This document shows, one piece after another, positions 50,555 through 60,483 of a stretch of 64,000 nt of DNA. Positions within the stretch are counted from its first letter, which is position 1; each line of letters opens with the position of its first letter. A program made the translations under genes and the position numbers. The notes beneath the pieces are model-generated. The model searched no databases and was not told where the DNA came from. It saw only the letters and a program-made list of their open reading frames with translations. The stretch lies in the NCBI GenBank assembly GCA_963776245.1, contig CAVZLN010000006.1:448001-512000 (forward strand), in the 5' to 3' direction. The stretch is from Candidatus Eiseniibacteriota bacterium. GTDB taxonomy: Bacteria; Eisenbacteria; RBG-16-71-46.

Positions 50555-52137
50555 CGCGCACCTCCCGACGCGGCCGGGGGCGGCGCGGGATGACCGGCCG
50601 GAGGCAGCGCCGCCGGGCCGGTGGCCGGGGCGACCATGCGCGCGCTCATCTCGATGCGTTCTTGCGCCAGCCGCAACGTGGCGTCGAGCGACGGCTGCAT
50701 GCGGTCGAGGAACGGCTGCGGCATGACGCCCATCCAGAAGATCAGGATCAGGATCGGCGCGAACACCAGCCGCTCGCGCAGCGACAGGTCGGCGAGCTTC
50801 TCGTTCTCGGGGTGCGTGACCGGACCGAACATCACGCGCTGGAACATCCACAGCATGTAGACCGCCGACAGGATGACGCCGCTGGCGGCGATCGCGCCCC
50901 ACGCGGGGTGGGCGCGGAAGGCGCCGAGCAGCACCAGGAACTCGCCCACGAACCCGTTGGTGCCGGGCAGCCCGATGGACGACAGCGTCACCACCAGGAA
51001 GATGCTCGCGTACACCGGCAGCGGTTTCCACAGGCCGCCGAAGTCGCTGATCAGGCGGGTGTGGCGGCGTTCGTAGACCACCCCCACCAGCAGGAACAGC
51101 GCGCCGGTCGAGACCCCGTGGTTGAGCATCTGGAGCATCGCCCCCGCCATGCCCTGGGAGTTCATCGCGTACATGCCGAGCATGCAGAACCCGAGGTGGC
51201 TCACCGACGAGTACGCGACCAGCTTCTTGAGGTCGGGCTGCACCATGGCCACCAGCGCGCCGTAGATGATGCCGACCAGCGCGAGCCCGGCGATCCACGG
51301 CGCGAAGTGCGCCGAGGCCGACGGGAACAGCGGGATGGCGAAGCGCAGGAAGCCGTAGGTGCCCATCTTCAGGAGCACCGCGGCGAGGATGACCGAGCCC
51401 GCGGTGGGCGCCTCGACGTGCGCGTCGGGCAGCCAGGTGTGGAACGGGAACATCGGCACCTTGATCGCGAACGCGAAGGCGAACGCCAGGAACATCCAGG
51501 TCTGCGCCGCGGCCGCGATCGGCAGGCGGTAGAGCGCGTCGAGGTCGAAGCTGCCGGCTCCCATGACGCTCTTGTGCTGGAAGTAGAGCCACAGGATGGC
51601 GACCAGCATGAGCACGCTGCCGGCCATGGTGTAGAGGAAGAACTTCACCGCCGCGTAGATCCGGCGCTGACCGCCCCACACCCCGATGAGCAGGTACATC
51701 GGGATGAGCATGGCCTCCCAGAAGACGTAGAAGAGCAGCAGGTCGAGCGCCATGAAGGTGCCCAGCATGCCGGCCTCGAGCGCGAGCAGCAGCGCGAAGA
51801 ACTCGCGCGGACGCTTCTCGACCGCGCCGTAGGCGCTCACCACCGAGATCAGCGTGATCACCGTGGTGAGCAGGATGAGCAGCACGCTGATGCCGTCCAC
51901 CCCGAGGTGGTAGGTGGCGCCGAGCGCCGGCAGCCAGGCGCGATGCTCCTCGAACTGCCAGCCGGGCTGGCCGGGCAGGTAGCGCCACCACAGCGGCAGC
52001 GAGAGCACCAGCTCCGCGAGCGCGAACACGGTCGCCGACGTGCGGATCGCGCGGCGCGCGTCCGGCCGCATCAGGGCGGTGACGACCGCGCCCACCAGCG
52101 GCAGGACGAACAGCGAGGTCAGGTAGTATCCGTTCAC
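50551..52137 (-). CDS. nuoM: NADH-quinone oxidoreductase subunit M
   Basis: FYVFWE..PMY, PFHTWLPDAHVEAP, LLKMG, LPGTNGFVGE. Confidence 0.96.
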   Translation of the reverse strand: MNGYYLTSLFVLPLVGAVVTALMRPDARRAIRTSATVFALAELVLSLPLWWRYLPGQPGWQFEEHRAWLPALGATYHLGVDGISVLLILLTTVITLISVVSAYGAVEKRPREFFALLLALEAGMLGTFMALDLLLFYVFWEAMLIPMYLLIGVWGGQRRIYAAVKFFLYTMAGSVLMLVAILWLYFQHKSVMGAGSFDLDALYRLPIAAAAQTWMFLAFAFAFAIKVPMFPFHTWLPDAHVEAPTAGSVILAAVLLKMGTYGFLRFAIPLFPSASAHFAPWIAGLALVGIIYGALVAMVQPDLKKLVAYSSVSHLGFCMLGMYAMNSQGMAGAMLQMLNHGVSTGALFLLVGVVYERRHTRLISDFGGLWKPLPVYASIFLVVTLSSIGLPGTNGFVGEFLVLLGAFRAHPAWGAIAASGVILSAVYMLWMFQRVMFGPVTHPENEKLADLSLRERLVFAPILILIFWMGVMPQPFLDRMQPSLDATLRLAQERIEMSARMVAPATGPAALPPAGHPAPPPAASGGAR

Positions 52138-52138
52138 G

Positions 52139-54100
52139 TCAGTGCCTCAGGAAGTGCAGGAGGAGCGCCGCCACGCCGAGCGTGAAGAACAGCGCGTAGG
52201 TGCCCACGAACCCGGTCTGCAGCAGACGAAGCCCCGCGGACACGAACTCGAACGTGTACCCCACGCCGTTCACCGTGCCGTCCACGATCTTCTCGTCCCA
52301 GAAGCGCCACAGCCGCTGGCTCGCCGCGTGGACCGGCGACACCACCGCGGCGCCGTACAGCTCGTCCACCCAGTACTTGTTCAGCAGCAGGCGGTGCGCC
52401 CCCGCGAAGCGCTGCTGGAGCGCGGTCGCGGTCTCGGGCCGCTGGAGGTAGAGCCGCAGCGCGGTGAGGATGCCGATCAGCGCCACCAGCACGGAGAGCG
52501 CGATCAGCGCCCATTCGGCGGTCGCGGTGAGCGCGTGCCCCGCGGCCGCGCCCTCGCCGTGCGACGTGACCCGCAGGCCGGCCGCGAACACCGGTTCGAG
52601 CCAGCGCTCCAGGGCGTGCCCGCCCTCGTGCGCGCCGAACCATTCGCGCATCACCAGCGGCGCCCCCACCAGGCCGCCCACCACCGAGAGCCCCGCGAGC
52701 ACCACCAGCGGCGCGATCATGGAGCGCGGCGACTCGTGCAGGTGGTGTTCCGCCTCGTGCGAGACCCGCGAGGGCCCGCGGAACGTCAGGATGTAGAGCC
52801 GGAACATGTAGAAGGCCGTGATCATCGCCCCCACCAGCCCCGCCAGCCACACGCCGTAGTGCCCGCTGGCGTACGCGCCGGCGAGGATCTCGTCCTTGCT
52901 GAAGAAGCCCGCGAACGGCGGGATGCCGGCGATGGCGATGCACGCGATCAGCATCACGCCGTGCGTCCACGGCAGCTTCGAGGCGAGGCCGCCCATCCGG
53001 CGCATGTCCTGCTCGTTCGACATCGCGTGGATGACCGAGCCCGCGCCGAGGAACAGCAGCGCCTTGAAGAACGCGTGGGTCATGAGGTGGAAGATGCCGG
53101 CCCCGAACGCGCCGACGCCCAGCCCCATGAACATGTAGCCGAGCTGGCTCACGGTGGAGTACGCCAGCACGCGCTTGATGTCGTTCTGCGCCAGGCCGAT
53201 GGTGGCGGCGAACAGCGCGGTCGCCGCGCCGACCACCGCGACCACCTCAAGCGAGACCGGCGCCATGCGGTAGAGCAGGTTCGAGCGCGCCACCATGTAC
53301 ACGCCCGCCGTCACCATGGTGGCGGCATGGATGAGCGCGGACACCGGCGTCGGGCCCTCCATGGCGTCGGGCAGCCAGATGTAGAGCGGCAGTTGCGCGC
53401 TCTTGCCGGTGGCGCCGAGGAACATGAGCAGGGTCGCGGCGGTGATCACCGCCGAGCCCACCGCGAACACGTGCGGCGCGGCCGCGAACACGCGCTCGTA
53501 GCTGAGGCTGCCGGTGGCGCCGAACAGGATGAACATGCCGAGCAGGAAGCCGAAGTCGCCGATGCGGTTGACGACGAACGCCTTCTTGCCGGCCTCGGCC
53601 GCCGAGGGCTTCGCGTACCAGAAGCCGATCAGCAGGTACGAGCACAGCCCCACGCCCTCCCAGCCCACGAACATGAGCAGGTAGTTGTCCGCGAGCACCA
53701 GCGTGAGCATCGCGAACATGAACAGGTTCAGGTACATGAAGAAGCGCCGGAACGAGGGATCGTGCGCCATGTACCCGATCGAGTAGACGTGGATCAGGAA
53801 GCCCACGCCGGTCACCACCAGCGCCATCACGCTCGAGAGCGGGTCGAGCAGGAAGGAGACGTCCACCCGCAGATCGCCGACCTGCATCCAGGTGTAGAGC
53901 GTGTCGACGATCCGGCGCTCCTCGGCCGGCATCCCCGCCAGCGCCAGCACCGCGCGCAGCGCGAACACGAACGCCAGCCCCACCGCGCCGCACGCCAGCC
54001 ACGCGGTCCCGCGCTTGCCGAGGCGGTCGCCCACGAGGAGATTGAGGGCCACCGCCGCGAGCGGCAGCGCCGGGATGATCCAGAGCACGGGTCCGTTCAC
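52139..54100 (-). CDS. nuoL: NADH-quinone oxidoreductase subunit L
   Basis: GWEGVG, GKSAQLP..WLPDAMEGPTPVSALIHAATMV, HAFFKALLF. Confidence 0.96.
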   Translation of the reverse strand: MNGPVLWIIPALPLAAVALNLLVGDRLGKRGTAWLACGAVGLAFVFALRAVLALAGMPAEERRIVDTLYTWMQVGDLRVDVSFLLDPLSSVMALVVTGVGFLIHVYSIGYMAHDPSFRRFFMYLNLFMFAMLTLVLADNYLLMFVGWEGVGLCSYLLIGFWYAKPSAAEAGKKAFVVNRIGDFGFLLGMFILFGATGSLSYERVFAAAPHVFAVGSAVITAATLLMFLGATGKSAQLPLYIWLPDAMEGPTPVSALIHAATMVTAGVYMVARSNLLYRMAPVSLEVVAVVGAATALFAATIGLAQNDIKRVLAYSTVSQLGYMFMGLGVGAFGAGIFHLMTHAFFKALLFLGAGSVIHAMSNEQDMRRMGGLASKLPWTHGVMLIACIAIAGIPPFAGFFSKDEILAGAYASGHYGVWLAGLVGAMITAFYMFRLYILTFRGPSRVSHEAEHHLHESPRSMIAPLVVLAGLSVVGGLVGAPLVMREWFGAHEGGHALERWLEPVFAAGLRVTSHGEGAAAGHALTATAEWALIALSVLVALIGILTALRLYLQRPETATALQQRFAGAHRLLLNKYWVDELYGAAVVSPVHAASQRLWRFWDEKIVDGTVNGVGYTFEFVSAGLRLLQTGFVGTYALFFTLGVAALLLHFLRH

Positions 54101-54107
54101 GGGTGGG

Positions 54108-54410
54108 TCAGCCTTTCAGCAGGTTGATCTCGTCCACGAAGACCGTCTCGCGCAGGCGGAACATGTTGACGATGATCGCGAGTCCCACGGCGACCTCGGC
54201 CGCCGCGACGGTCATGACGAAGAACACGAACACCTGGCCGTCCACCGAGCCGAAGTGGCGCGCGAACGCCACGAACGCCAGGTTGGCGGCATTGAGCATG
54301 AGTTCGATGGACATGAAGATGACGAGCGCGTTGCGGCGCACCAGCACGCCCACCAGGCCGATGGTGAACACCAGCGCGCTGAGCGCGAGGCTCCACGACA
54401 GCGGGATCAT
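54108..54410 (-). CDS. nuoK: NADH-quinone oxidoreductase subunit K
   Basis: [20 protein letters not shown]. Confidence 0.96.
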   Translation of the reverse strand: MIPLSWSLALSALVFTIGLVGVLVRRNALVIFMSIELMLNAANLAFVAFARHFGSVDGQVFVFFVMTVAAAEVAVGLAIIVNMFRLRETVFVDEINLLKG

Positions 54411-54964
54411 GACGCGTCTCCTCCGGTGGGGCCGGCGCCCGGCCCGCCGGGCCCGGGCCCGCGACGGACGCGGGTGATGACGATGGCGCCCACCATGGCG
54501 ACCAGCAGCACCATCGAGGTGATCTCGAACGGGAACAGGTAGCGGCTGTAGAGCGCGAGCCCGATCTGCTCGGTGTTGCCGTACATCGAGGGAAGCGCGG
54601 TCGACACCGGTCCCGCCGACCAGCCGCGGCCGGCGAGCAGCGCGCCGAGGCCGAGCACCAGCACGCCGAGCAGCCAGCCGAAGCCGCGCCGCAGCGCGAT
54701 CTGAACCCCGCTCTCCACGTCGTGCGTGAGGTTCAGGTACATGATCACGAACAGGAACAGCACCATGATGGCGCCGGCGTACACGATGATCTGCACCATC
54801 CCGAGGAACTCGGCCCGCATCGTCAGGTAGATCGCGCCGAGCGACACGAATCCGAGCACCAGGAACAGCGCGCTCGCCACCGGGCTGCGCTGCAGCACCA
54901 CCATCAGGCTCGAGACCACCAGCAACGCGCCGAAGACGATGAACAGTCCCTGGACGAGGCTCAT
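54407..54964 (-). CDS. nuoJ: NADH-quinone oxidoreductase subunit J
   Basis: [27 protein letters not shown]. Confidence 0.95.
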   Translation of the reverse strand: MSLVQGLFIVFGALLVVSSLMVVLQRSPVASALFLVLGFVSLGAIYLTMRAEFLGMVQIIVYAGAIMVLFLFVIMYLNLTHDVESGVQIALRRGFGWLLGVLVLGLGALLAGRGWSAGPVSTALPSMYGNTEQIGLALYSRYLFPFEITSMVLLVAMVGAIVITRVRRGPGPGGPGAGPTGGDAS

Positions 54965-55986
54965 GCCGGCTGCCTCCAGTAGATCAGCAGCGCCGTGACC
55001 ACGATGTTGAGGATCGAGGCCGGCAGCAGGACCTTCCAGCCCAGGCCCATGAGCTGGTCGTAGCGGAGGCGCGGGAAGGTCCAGCGCACCCAGATGAAGA
55101 AGAACAGCAGCACCGACACCTTGCCGAGGAACCACAGCACCTTGAGGTTCTCGGGCAGGAACGGGCCGTTCCAGCCGCCCAGGAAGAGCGCGACGGCGAT
55201 GCTGCAGATGGTGATGATGTTCATGTACTCGCCGAGGAAGAACAGCCCCCACTTCATGGACGAGTACTCGACGTGGAAGCCCGCCACCAGTTCGGCCTCG
55301 GCCTCGGGCAGGTCGAACGGCGCGCGGTTGGTCTCGGCCAGCGCGCAGATCATGAAGATCACGAAGCCGAGCGGCTGGAACAGGACGTACCAGCCCGGCA
55401 CCGGGACCGGGCCGACGTGGAGCATCGCCGACTGCCCTTCGACGATCTTCGTCAGGGAGAGCGAGCCGGCGAGCAGGATCGGGCCGATGGTCGCGAGGCC
55501 CATGCTGAGCTCGTACGAGATCATCTGGGCCGCGGAGCGCAGGCCGCCGAGCAGGGCGTACTTGTTGTTCGACGACCAGCCCGCGAGCGTGATCGAGTAC
55601 ACCCCGAGGCTCGACATCGCGAGGAACACCAGCAGGCCGACGTTCACGTCGGTCACCGTCACGCCGGGCCCCAGCGGGAGCACCGCGAACACCACCAGCG
55701 CGGGGATCACCGCCAGCGCCGGGGCGATGTGGTAGATCACCTTGTTCGACTCCGCCGCGATGAACTCCTCTTTGAAGAACAGCTTGAGGATGTCGGCGAC
55801 GGGCTGCAGCAGGCCGAACGGGCCGACGCGATTCGGGCCGGTGCGCGCCTGCATGTGACCGGCGACCTTGCGCTCGACCCAGATCAGGTACGAGACCACG
55901 CCCAGCAGGCCGCCGAGGATCGCGACCAGCTTCACGACCACCCAGAAGACGTACTGGAAGTCCGGGTTGCTCCAGAGTGCGGCCAT
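54961..55986 (-). CDS. nuoH: NADH-quinone oxidoreductase subunit H
   Basis: [41 protein letters not shown]. Confidence 0.96.
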   Translation of the reverse strand: MAALWSNPDFQYVFWVVVKLVAILGGLLGVVSYLIWVERKVAGHMQARTGPNRVGPFGLLQPVADILKLFFKEEFIAAESNKVIYHIAPALAVIPALVVFAVLPLGPGVTVTDVNVGLLVFLAMSSLGVYSITLAGWSSNNKYALLGGLRSAAQMISYELSMGLATIGPILLAGSLSLTKIVEGQSAMLHVGPVPVPGWYVLFQPLGFVIFMICALAETNRAPFDLPEAEAELVAGFHVEYSSMKWGLFFLGEYMNIITICSIAVALFLGGWNGPFLPENLKVLWFLGKVSVLLFFFIWVRWTFPRLRYDQLMGLGWKVLLPASILNIVVTALLIYWRQPA

Positions 55987-56000
55987 CCCGCCCTGGTCTC

Positions 56001-58676
56001 CTATACGTGCGCCGGCGCGCCCGACTTCGACACCCGGACCTTGAGGCCCGCGCCCACGGGGGCGCCGAGCCGGTTGAGTTCCACTTCCGCGAAGGCGTAA
56101 GGCACGAACACGCTCCCCGGCGGCACCGTGTCGTCGAGCGCGGCGGGCAGCCGCAGCGTGCCGGCGGGGCCGGCGAGTTCCACGGTCTCGCCCTCGCCCA
56201 CGCCGAGGCGCCGGGCCTCGCCCGGGTTCAGCGCGGCGCGCGCCGCGCCGGCGAGACCCGGGAGCGTGGTGCCGCGGTACGAGATGCTGCCCTGCAGGAA
56301 CAGCGTGCCGCCCGAGAGCAGCCACAGCCCGTCGCCCGCCGGCGCCGCGCCGCCGTTGGCGGGCGCGACCCCCGGCACCGCCGCGCCCTCGCGCGACCAC
56401 TGGGGCCCGAGCGGCAGCAGCGTCGCCCACGACGTGCCCTGGAAGCCCGGCACCAGGCGCGCGATCTCGCGCCAGACGTCCTCGGGGCTGCGATACGCCC
56501 AGGTGGCGCCGAGCGCGCGCGCCACCGCCTGGAACACTTCGCCGTCCGGACGCGTGCCGCGCCGCGGGGACAGCGCGCGCGCCACGCGCTGCAGCCGGCG
56601 CTCGCAGTTCACCATCACGCCCTCCTTCTCGGCGAAGGAGGCGGCCGGGAACACCACGTGCGCCTGCCGCGCGGTGGCGGTGAGGAACAGGTCGCTCACG
56701 ATCACCAGCTCGGCGCGCGCGAGCGCCTGCTCGGCCAGCGCGCGGTCGGGCGCGCTGCTCAGCCACTCGTCGCTCACGATCCACAGCGCCTTCACGCTGC
56801 CGGCGGCGGCGGCGCGCAGGATCTCGGGCGCCGAGAGGCCGGGCGCGGTGGGCAGCGTGCACTGCCACTGGCGCGCGAACGCCTCGGTGGCCGCCGGGTC
56901 GTCAGGCGCCAGGTACCCGGGCAGCCGGTCGGGCGTCAGGCCCATGTCGAGCGCGCCCTGGCTGTTGCTGTTCGGGCCAAGGTACATGACCCGCGCGCGC
57001 CGCGCGGAGAGCAGGCCGGTCATCCAGCCCAGGTTCTCGACCGCCTGCAGCAGCGCCGGCGCCTCCGGGTGCTCGGCGAGCGCGCGACCGAACAGGATCG
57101 CCCCGCGCTGGGACTCGCGCAGGCGCCTGGCCGCCGCGGTGACCGCCGCGGCCGGCACGCCGGTCGCCGCTTCGACCCGTTCCGGCGTGGAGGCCGCGAG
57201 CGCCTGCTGGAGCGCGGGCACCCCCTGCGCCACCGAGGCGGGCAGGTCGGCCGGCACGCCCAGTTCGAGCGCGGCGCGCGTGAGGCCGTTGAGGAGCGCG
57301 AGCTCGCTGCCGGGCCGCAGCGCCAGGTGGTCGCCGCGGAACTTCGGCCGCGCGAGCTTCACGCGCCGCGGGTGCGCCACCGTCAGGTGCGTGCCCCGCT
57401 GGTGCTGGCCCTGGATGAGCCGCGCCTGGGCGAACGGCGATTCCCCCTGCAGGTCGTCGCCGAGCACCAGCACCTCGTCGGCCTCGACCAGGTCCGCGAG
57501 CGCGAGCGCCGGCCGGCCCGCGCCGGTGGCGCGCAGCAGCGCGTCGCCCGGGACCCGCGCGGTGAAGCGGGTGCGCGCGTCCACGTTGGAGGTGCCCAGC
57601 ACGGCGCGCGCGAGCTTCTGGAACAGGTACTGCTCCTCGAGCGTGAGCTTCTCGCCGCCGAGGAACGCGACCGCGCCCGGCCCGTGGGCCGTCGCGATGT
57701 CGCGCAGGCGCGCGGACGCGAACGCCACCGCCTCGTCGAAGCCGGCGGGCTGCAGCGTGCCGCCGCTGCGCAGCAGCGGGCTCGCGAGGCGCTCGGCGCT
57801 GTTCACGAACTCGTGGCCGAAGCGGCCGCGCACGCACAGGTACTCCTGGTTCACGCCGCGCAGTTCGGTGCCGCGCGCGCGCATCACCTCCATGCCGCGC
57901 ACCCCGAGGCGGACCGAGCAGCCGTTCGAGCAGTAGGGGCAGAGGGTGATGTGCTGGCGCAGGTCCCACGGGCGCGCCTTGAAGCGGTAGGGCAAAGCGG
58001 TGAGCGCGCCCACCGGGCACACCTCGATGCAGTTACCGCACTGCTCGCACTCGAGCGGCTGGCGGTCGAACGAGGAGATCTCGGTGCGCGCGCCGCGCTG
58101 GTGCGCGGTCAGCGCGTCCTCGCCCATGATCTCGTCGCAGTAGCGCACGCAGCGCATGCACACGATGCAGCGGTTCGCCTCCTTCTTGACGATCGGACCG
58201 AGGTCCTCGGAGACGAACGTGCGCTTGGGCTCCTGCATGCGCGAGAAGTCGGCGCCGAACGCGAACGCCAGGTCCTGCAGCTGGCACTCGCCGCCCTCGT
58301 CGCACACCGGGCAGTCGAGCGGATGGTTGACCAGCAGGAACTCCATCACGCCCTCGCGCGCCTTGATGGCGGCCGGCGAGGCGGTGCGCACGTGCATGCC
58401 GTCGGAGACCGGCGTGGTGCAGCCGGTCTGGACCTTGGGCATCCACGCGATCTCGGGGAGGCCATCGGGCCCCGTCACCGGCTTGCGGTCAGGGCCGAGA
58501 CGCGGGGTCCCCACCTCGACGACGCAGATGCGGCAGGCGCCGAGCGGCGGCAGCTTGCGATGCGAGCAGAACACCGGGATGTGGATCTCGGCGGTGCGCG
58601 CGGCCTCGGTGATCAGCGTGCCCGCGGGGACCTCGACGGTGCGGCCGTCGATCGTGACCTTGCAGGGGGCGCTCAC
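56001..58676 (-). CDS. nuoG: NADH-quinone oxidoreductase subunit G (long form)
   Basis: GACRIC, NHPLDCPVCDEGGECQLQD, CIVCMRCVRYC, CEQCGNCIEVCP, CPYCSNGC; molybdopterin-enzyme-like C-terminus. Confidence 0.94.
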   Translation of the reverse strand: MSAPCKVTIDGRTVEVPAGTLITEAARTAEIHIPVFCSHRKLPPLGACRICVVEVGTPRLGPDRKPVTGPDGLPEIAWMPKVQTGCTTPVSDGMHVRTASPAAIKAREGVMEFLLVNHPLDCPVCDEGGECQLQDLAFAFGADFSRMQEPKRTFVSEDLGPIVKKEANRCIVCMRCVRYCDEIMGEDALTAHQRGARTEISSFDRQPLECEQCGNCIEVCPVGALTALPYRFKARPWDLRQHITLCPYCSNGCSVRLGVRGMEVMRARGTELRGVNQEYLCVRGRFGHEFVNSAERLASPLLRSGGTLQPAGFDEAVAFASARLRDIATAHGPGAVAFLGGEKLTLEEQYLFQKLARAVLGTSNVDARTRFTARVPGDALLRATGAGRPALALADLVEADEVLVLGDDLQGESPFAQARLIQGQHQRGTHLTVAHPRRVKLARPKFRGDHLALRPGSELALLNGLTRAALELGVPADLPASVAQGVPALQQALAASTPERVEAATGVPAAAVTAAARRLRESQRGAILFGRALAEHPEAPALLQAVENLGWMTGLLSARRARVMYLGPNSNSQGALDMGLTPDRLPGYLAPDDPAATEAFARQWQCTLPTAPGLSAPEILRAAAAGSVKALWIVSDEWLSSAPDRALAEQALARAELVIVSDLFLTATARQAHVVFPAASFAEKEGVMVNCERRLQRVARALSPRRGTRPDGEVFQAVARALGATWAYRSPEDVWREIARLVPGFQGTSWATLLPLGPQWSREGAAVPGVAPANGGAAPAGDGLWLLSGGTLFLQGSISYRGTTLPGLAGAARAALNPGEARRLGVGEGETVELAGPAGTLRLPAALDDTVPPGSVFVPYAFAEVELNRLGAPVGAGLKVRVSKSGAPAHV

Positions 58677-59971
58677 GCCGGCACCCCCGTCAGGGACTCG
58701 CGGCGGCGGTTGACCACGCACTGCTTGTGCTGGATGTGGTATTCGAACTCGTCGCGGAAGTGCTTGAGGAAGCCCATCACCGGCATCGCGGCCGCGTCCC
58801 CGAGGGCGCAGAACGACTTGCCGAGGATGTTGTCGGCGGCGTCGTTCAGCACGTCGAGGTCGGTGGGCCGGCCCTCGCCGTTCTCCAGCCGCTCGAGGAT
58901 GCGCGTCATCCAGTAGGTGCCTTCGCGGCACGGCGTGCACTTCCCGCACGACTCGTGGCGGTAGAAGCGGCTGATGTTGAGCAGCGCGTCTACCAGGCAG
59001 GTGCGGTCGTCGATGACGATGACCGCCCCCGAGCCGAGGAACGTGCCCACGGCGTTCATCGATTCGAAGTCGAGCGGGGTGTCGATCAGCGAGGCGGGCA
59101 GGGGCGGCACCGACGAGCCGCCGGGGATGATCGCCTTCACCTTCAGCCCGTCCCGCATCCCGCCGCAGTGCTCCTCGATCAGGGTGCGCAGGGGCGTGCC
59201 GAGCGCCACCTCGTAGTTCCCTGGCCGCTTCACCGGCCCGGAGACGCTGAACACCTTGGTGCCCGGGCTCTTCTCGTTGCCCCACTGACGGTACCAGGCG
59301 CCGCCGTGACGGAGGATGTGCGGCACGTTCATCAGCGTCTCGACGTTGTTCACCACCGTCGGGCAGCGATAGACGCCCTCGACCGCCGGGAACGGCGGCT
59401 TGAGGCGCGGCTGGCCGCGGTAGCCCTCGAGCGACGACAGCAGCGCCGTCTCCTCGCCGCAGATGTAGGCGCCCGCGCCGAGATGGGTGTGCAGCTCGAA
59501 GCGGAAGCCGCTGCCCGCGATGTCGGCGCCCAGCAGTGAGGCGGCGCGCGCCTCGGCGATCGCCGCGTCGAGGCGATGCTGCAGGTACTCGAACTCCCCG
59601 CGCAGGTAGATGTAGCCGGTGTTCGCCTGGATCGCCCAGCCCGCGAGGATCACGCCCTCGATCAGCAGGTGCGGGTTGAGGCGCAGCAGCTCGTGGTCCT
59701 TGAAGGTGCCAGGCTCGGATTCGTCGGCGTTGCACACGATGTACTTCGGCTTGGCGTTCCCCTTGGGCACGAAGCTCCACTTCAGGCCGGTCGGGAAGCC
59801 CGCGCCGCCGCGTCCGCGCAGCCCCGAGGCCTTGACCGCCTCGATGCAGGCGTCCGGCTCCTGCTTCCCGAGCACCGCGGCGAGCGTCTCGTAGCCGCCC
59901 TGCCGGCGATAGCCCTCGAGCGAGGCCAGGCCGGGCGCGTCGATGTCCTTGAAGAGCAGTGGGCCTCTCAC
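58673..59971 (-). CDS. nuoF: NADH-quinone oxidoreductase subunit F
   Basis: GLRGRGGAGFPTG, NADESEPG, GAYICGEET, ESCGKCTPCREG. Confidence 0.96.
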   Translation of the reverse strand: MRGPLLFKDIDAPGLASLEGYRRQGGYETLAAVLGKQEPDACIEAVKASGLRGRGGAGFPTGLKWSFVPKGNAKPKYIVCNADESEPGTFKDHELLRLNPHLLIEGVILAGWAIQANTGYIYLRGEFEYLQHRLDAAIAEARAASLLGADIAGSGFRFELHTHLGAGAYICGEETALLSSLEGYRGQPRLKPPFPAVEGVYRCPTVVNNVETLMNVPHILRHGGAWYRQWGNEKSPGTKVFSVSGPVKRPGNYEVALGTPLRTLIEEHCGGMRDGLKVKAIIPGGSSVPPLPASLIDTPLDFESMNAVGTFLGSGAVIVIDDRTCLVDALLNISRFYRHESCGKCTPCREGTYWMTRILERLENGEGRPTDLDVLNDAADNILGKSFCALGDAAAMPVMGFLKHFRDEFEYHIQHKQCVVNRRRESLTGVPA

Positions 59972-60483
59972 CTGAGCGTCTCCAGCAGCGCGTCCACCTT
60001 CGCCTCGTCGAGGTTCTCGTGGAAGTCGAAGTTCACCTGCATGCACGGTCCGCCGCCACACGCCGCGAGGCACTCGACCTTGCGCAGCGTGAAGCGGCCG
60101 TCCTTCGTGGTCTCGCCATGCCCGACGTGGAGCTTCTTCTCGAGGTGGCGGAACAGCCGGTCGGCCCCCATCAGGGAGCACGACAGCGTCATGCACACCT
60201 GGAGGTGGTATTTCCCCACCGGCTGCAGATTGAACATGGTGTAGAACGTGGCCACGCCGAACACCTCGGCCTCGTCGAGCTCGACGAAGCGCGCCGCATG
60301 GCGGAGCGCCTCGGGCGGCAGCCAGCCGTGCTCCTTCTGGAGGATCCACAGCACCGGCAGCAGCGCCGAGCGCTTGTTCGGGTAGCGCGTCAGCGCCTGT
60401 TCCATCTCGGCGCGCGCGGCTTCGGAGACCTTCAGCGGCGCGAGACCGCGGGCCGGCATCACGGTCGTGGCGGCGTCGCTCAT
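59968..60483 (-). CDS. nuoE: NADH-quinone oxidoreductase subunit E
   Basis: VATFY, CMTLSC, ECLAAC. Confidence 0.95.
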   Translation of the reverse strand: MSDAATTVMPARGLAPLKVSEAARAEMEQALTRYPNKRSALLPVLWILQKEHGWLPPEALRHAARFVELDEAEVFGVATFYTMFNLQPVGKYHLQVCMTLSCSLMGADRLFRHLEKKLHVGHGETTKDGRFTLRKVECLAACGGGPCMQVNFDFHENLDEAKVDALLETLR

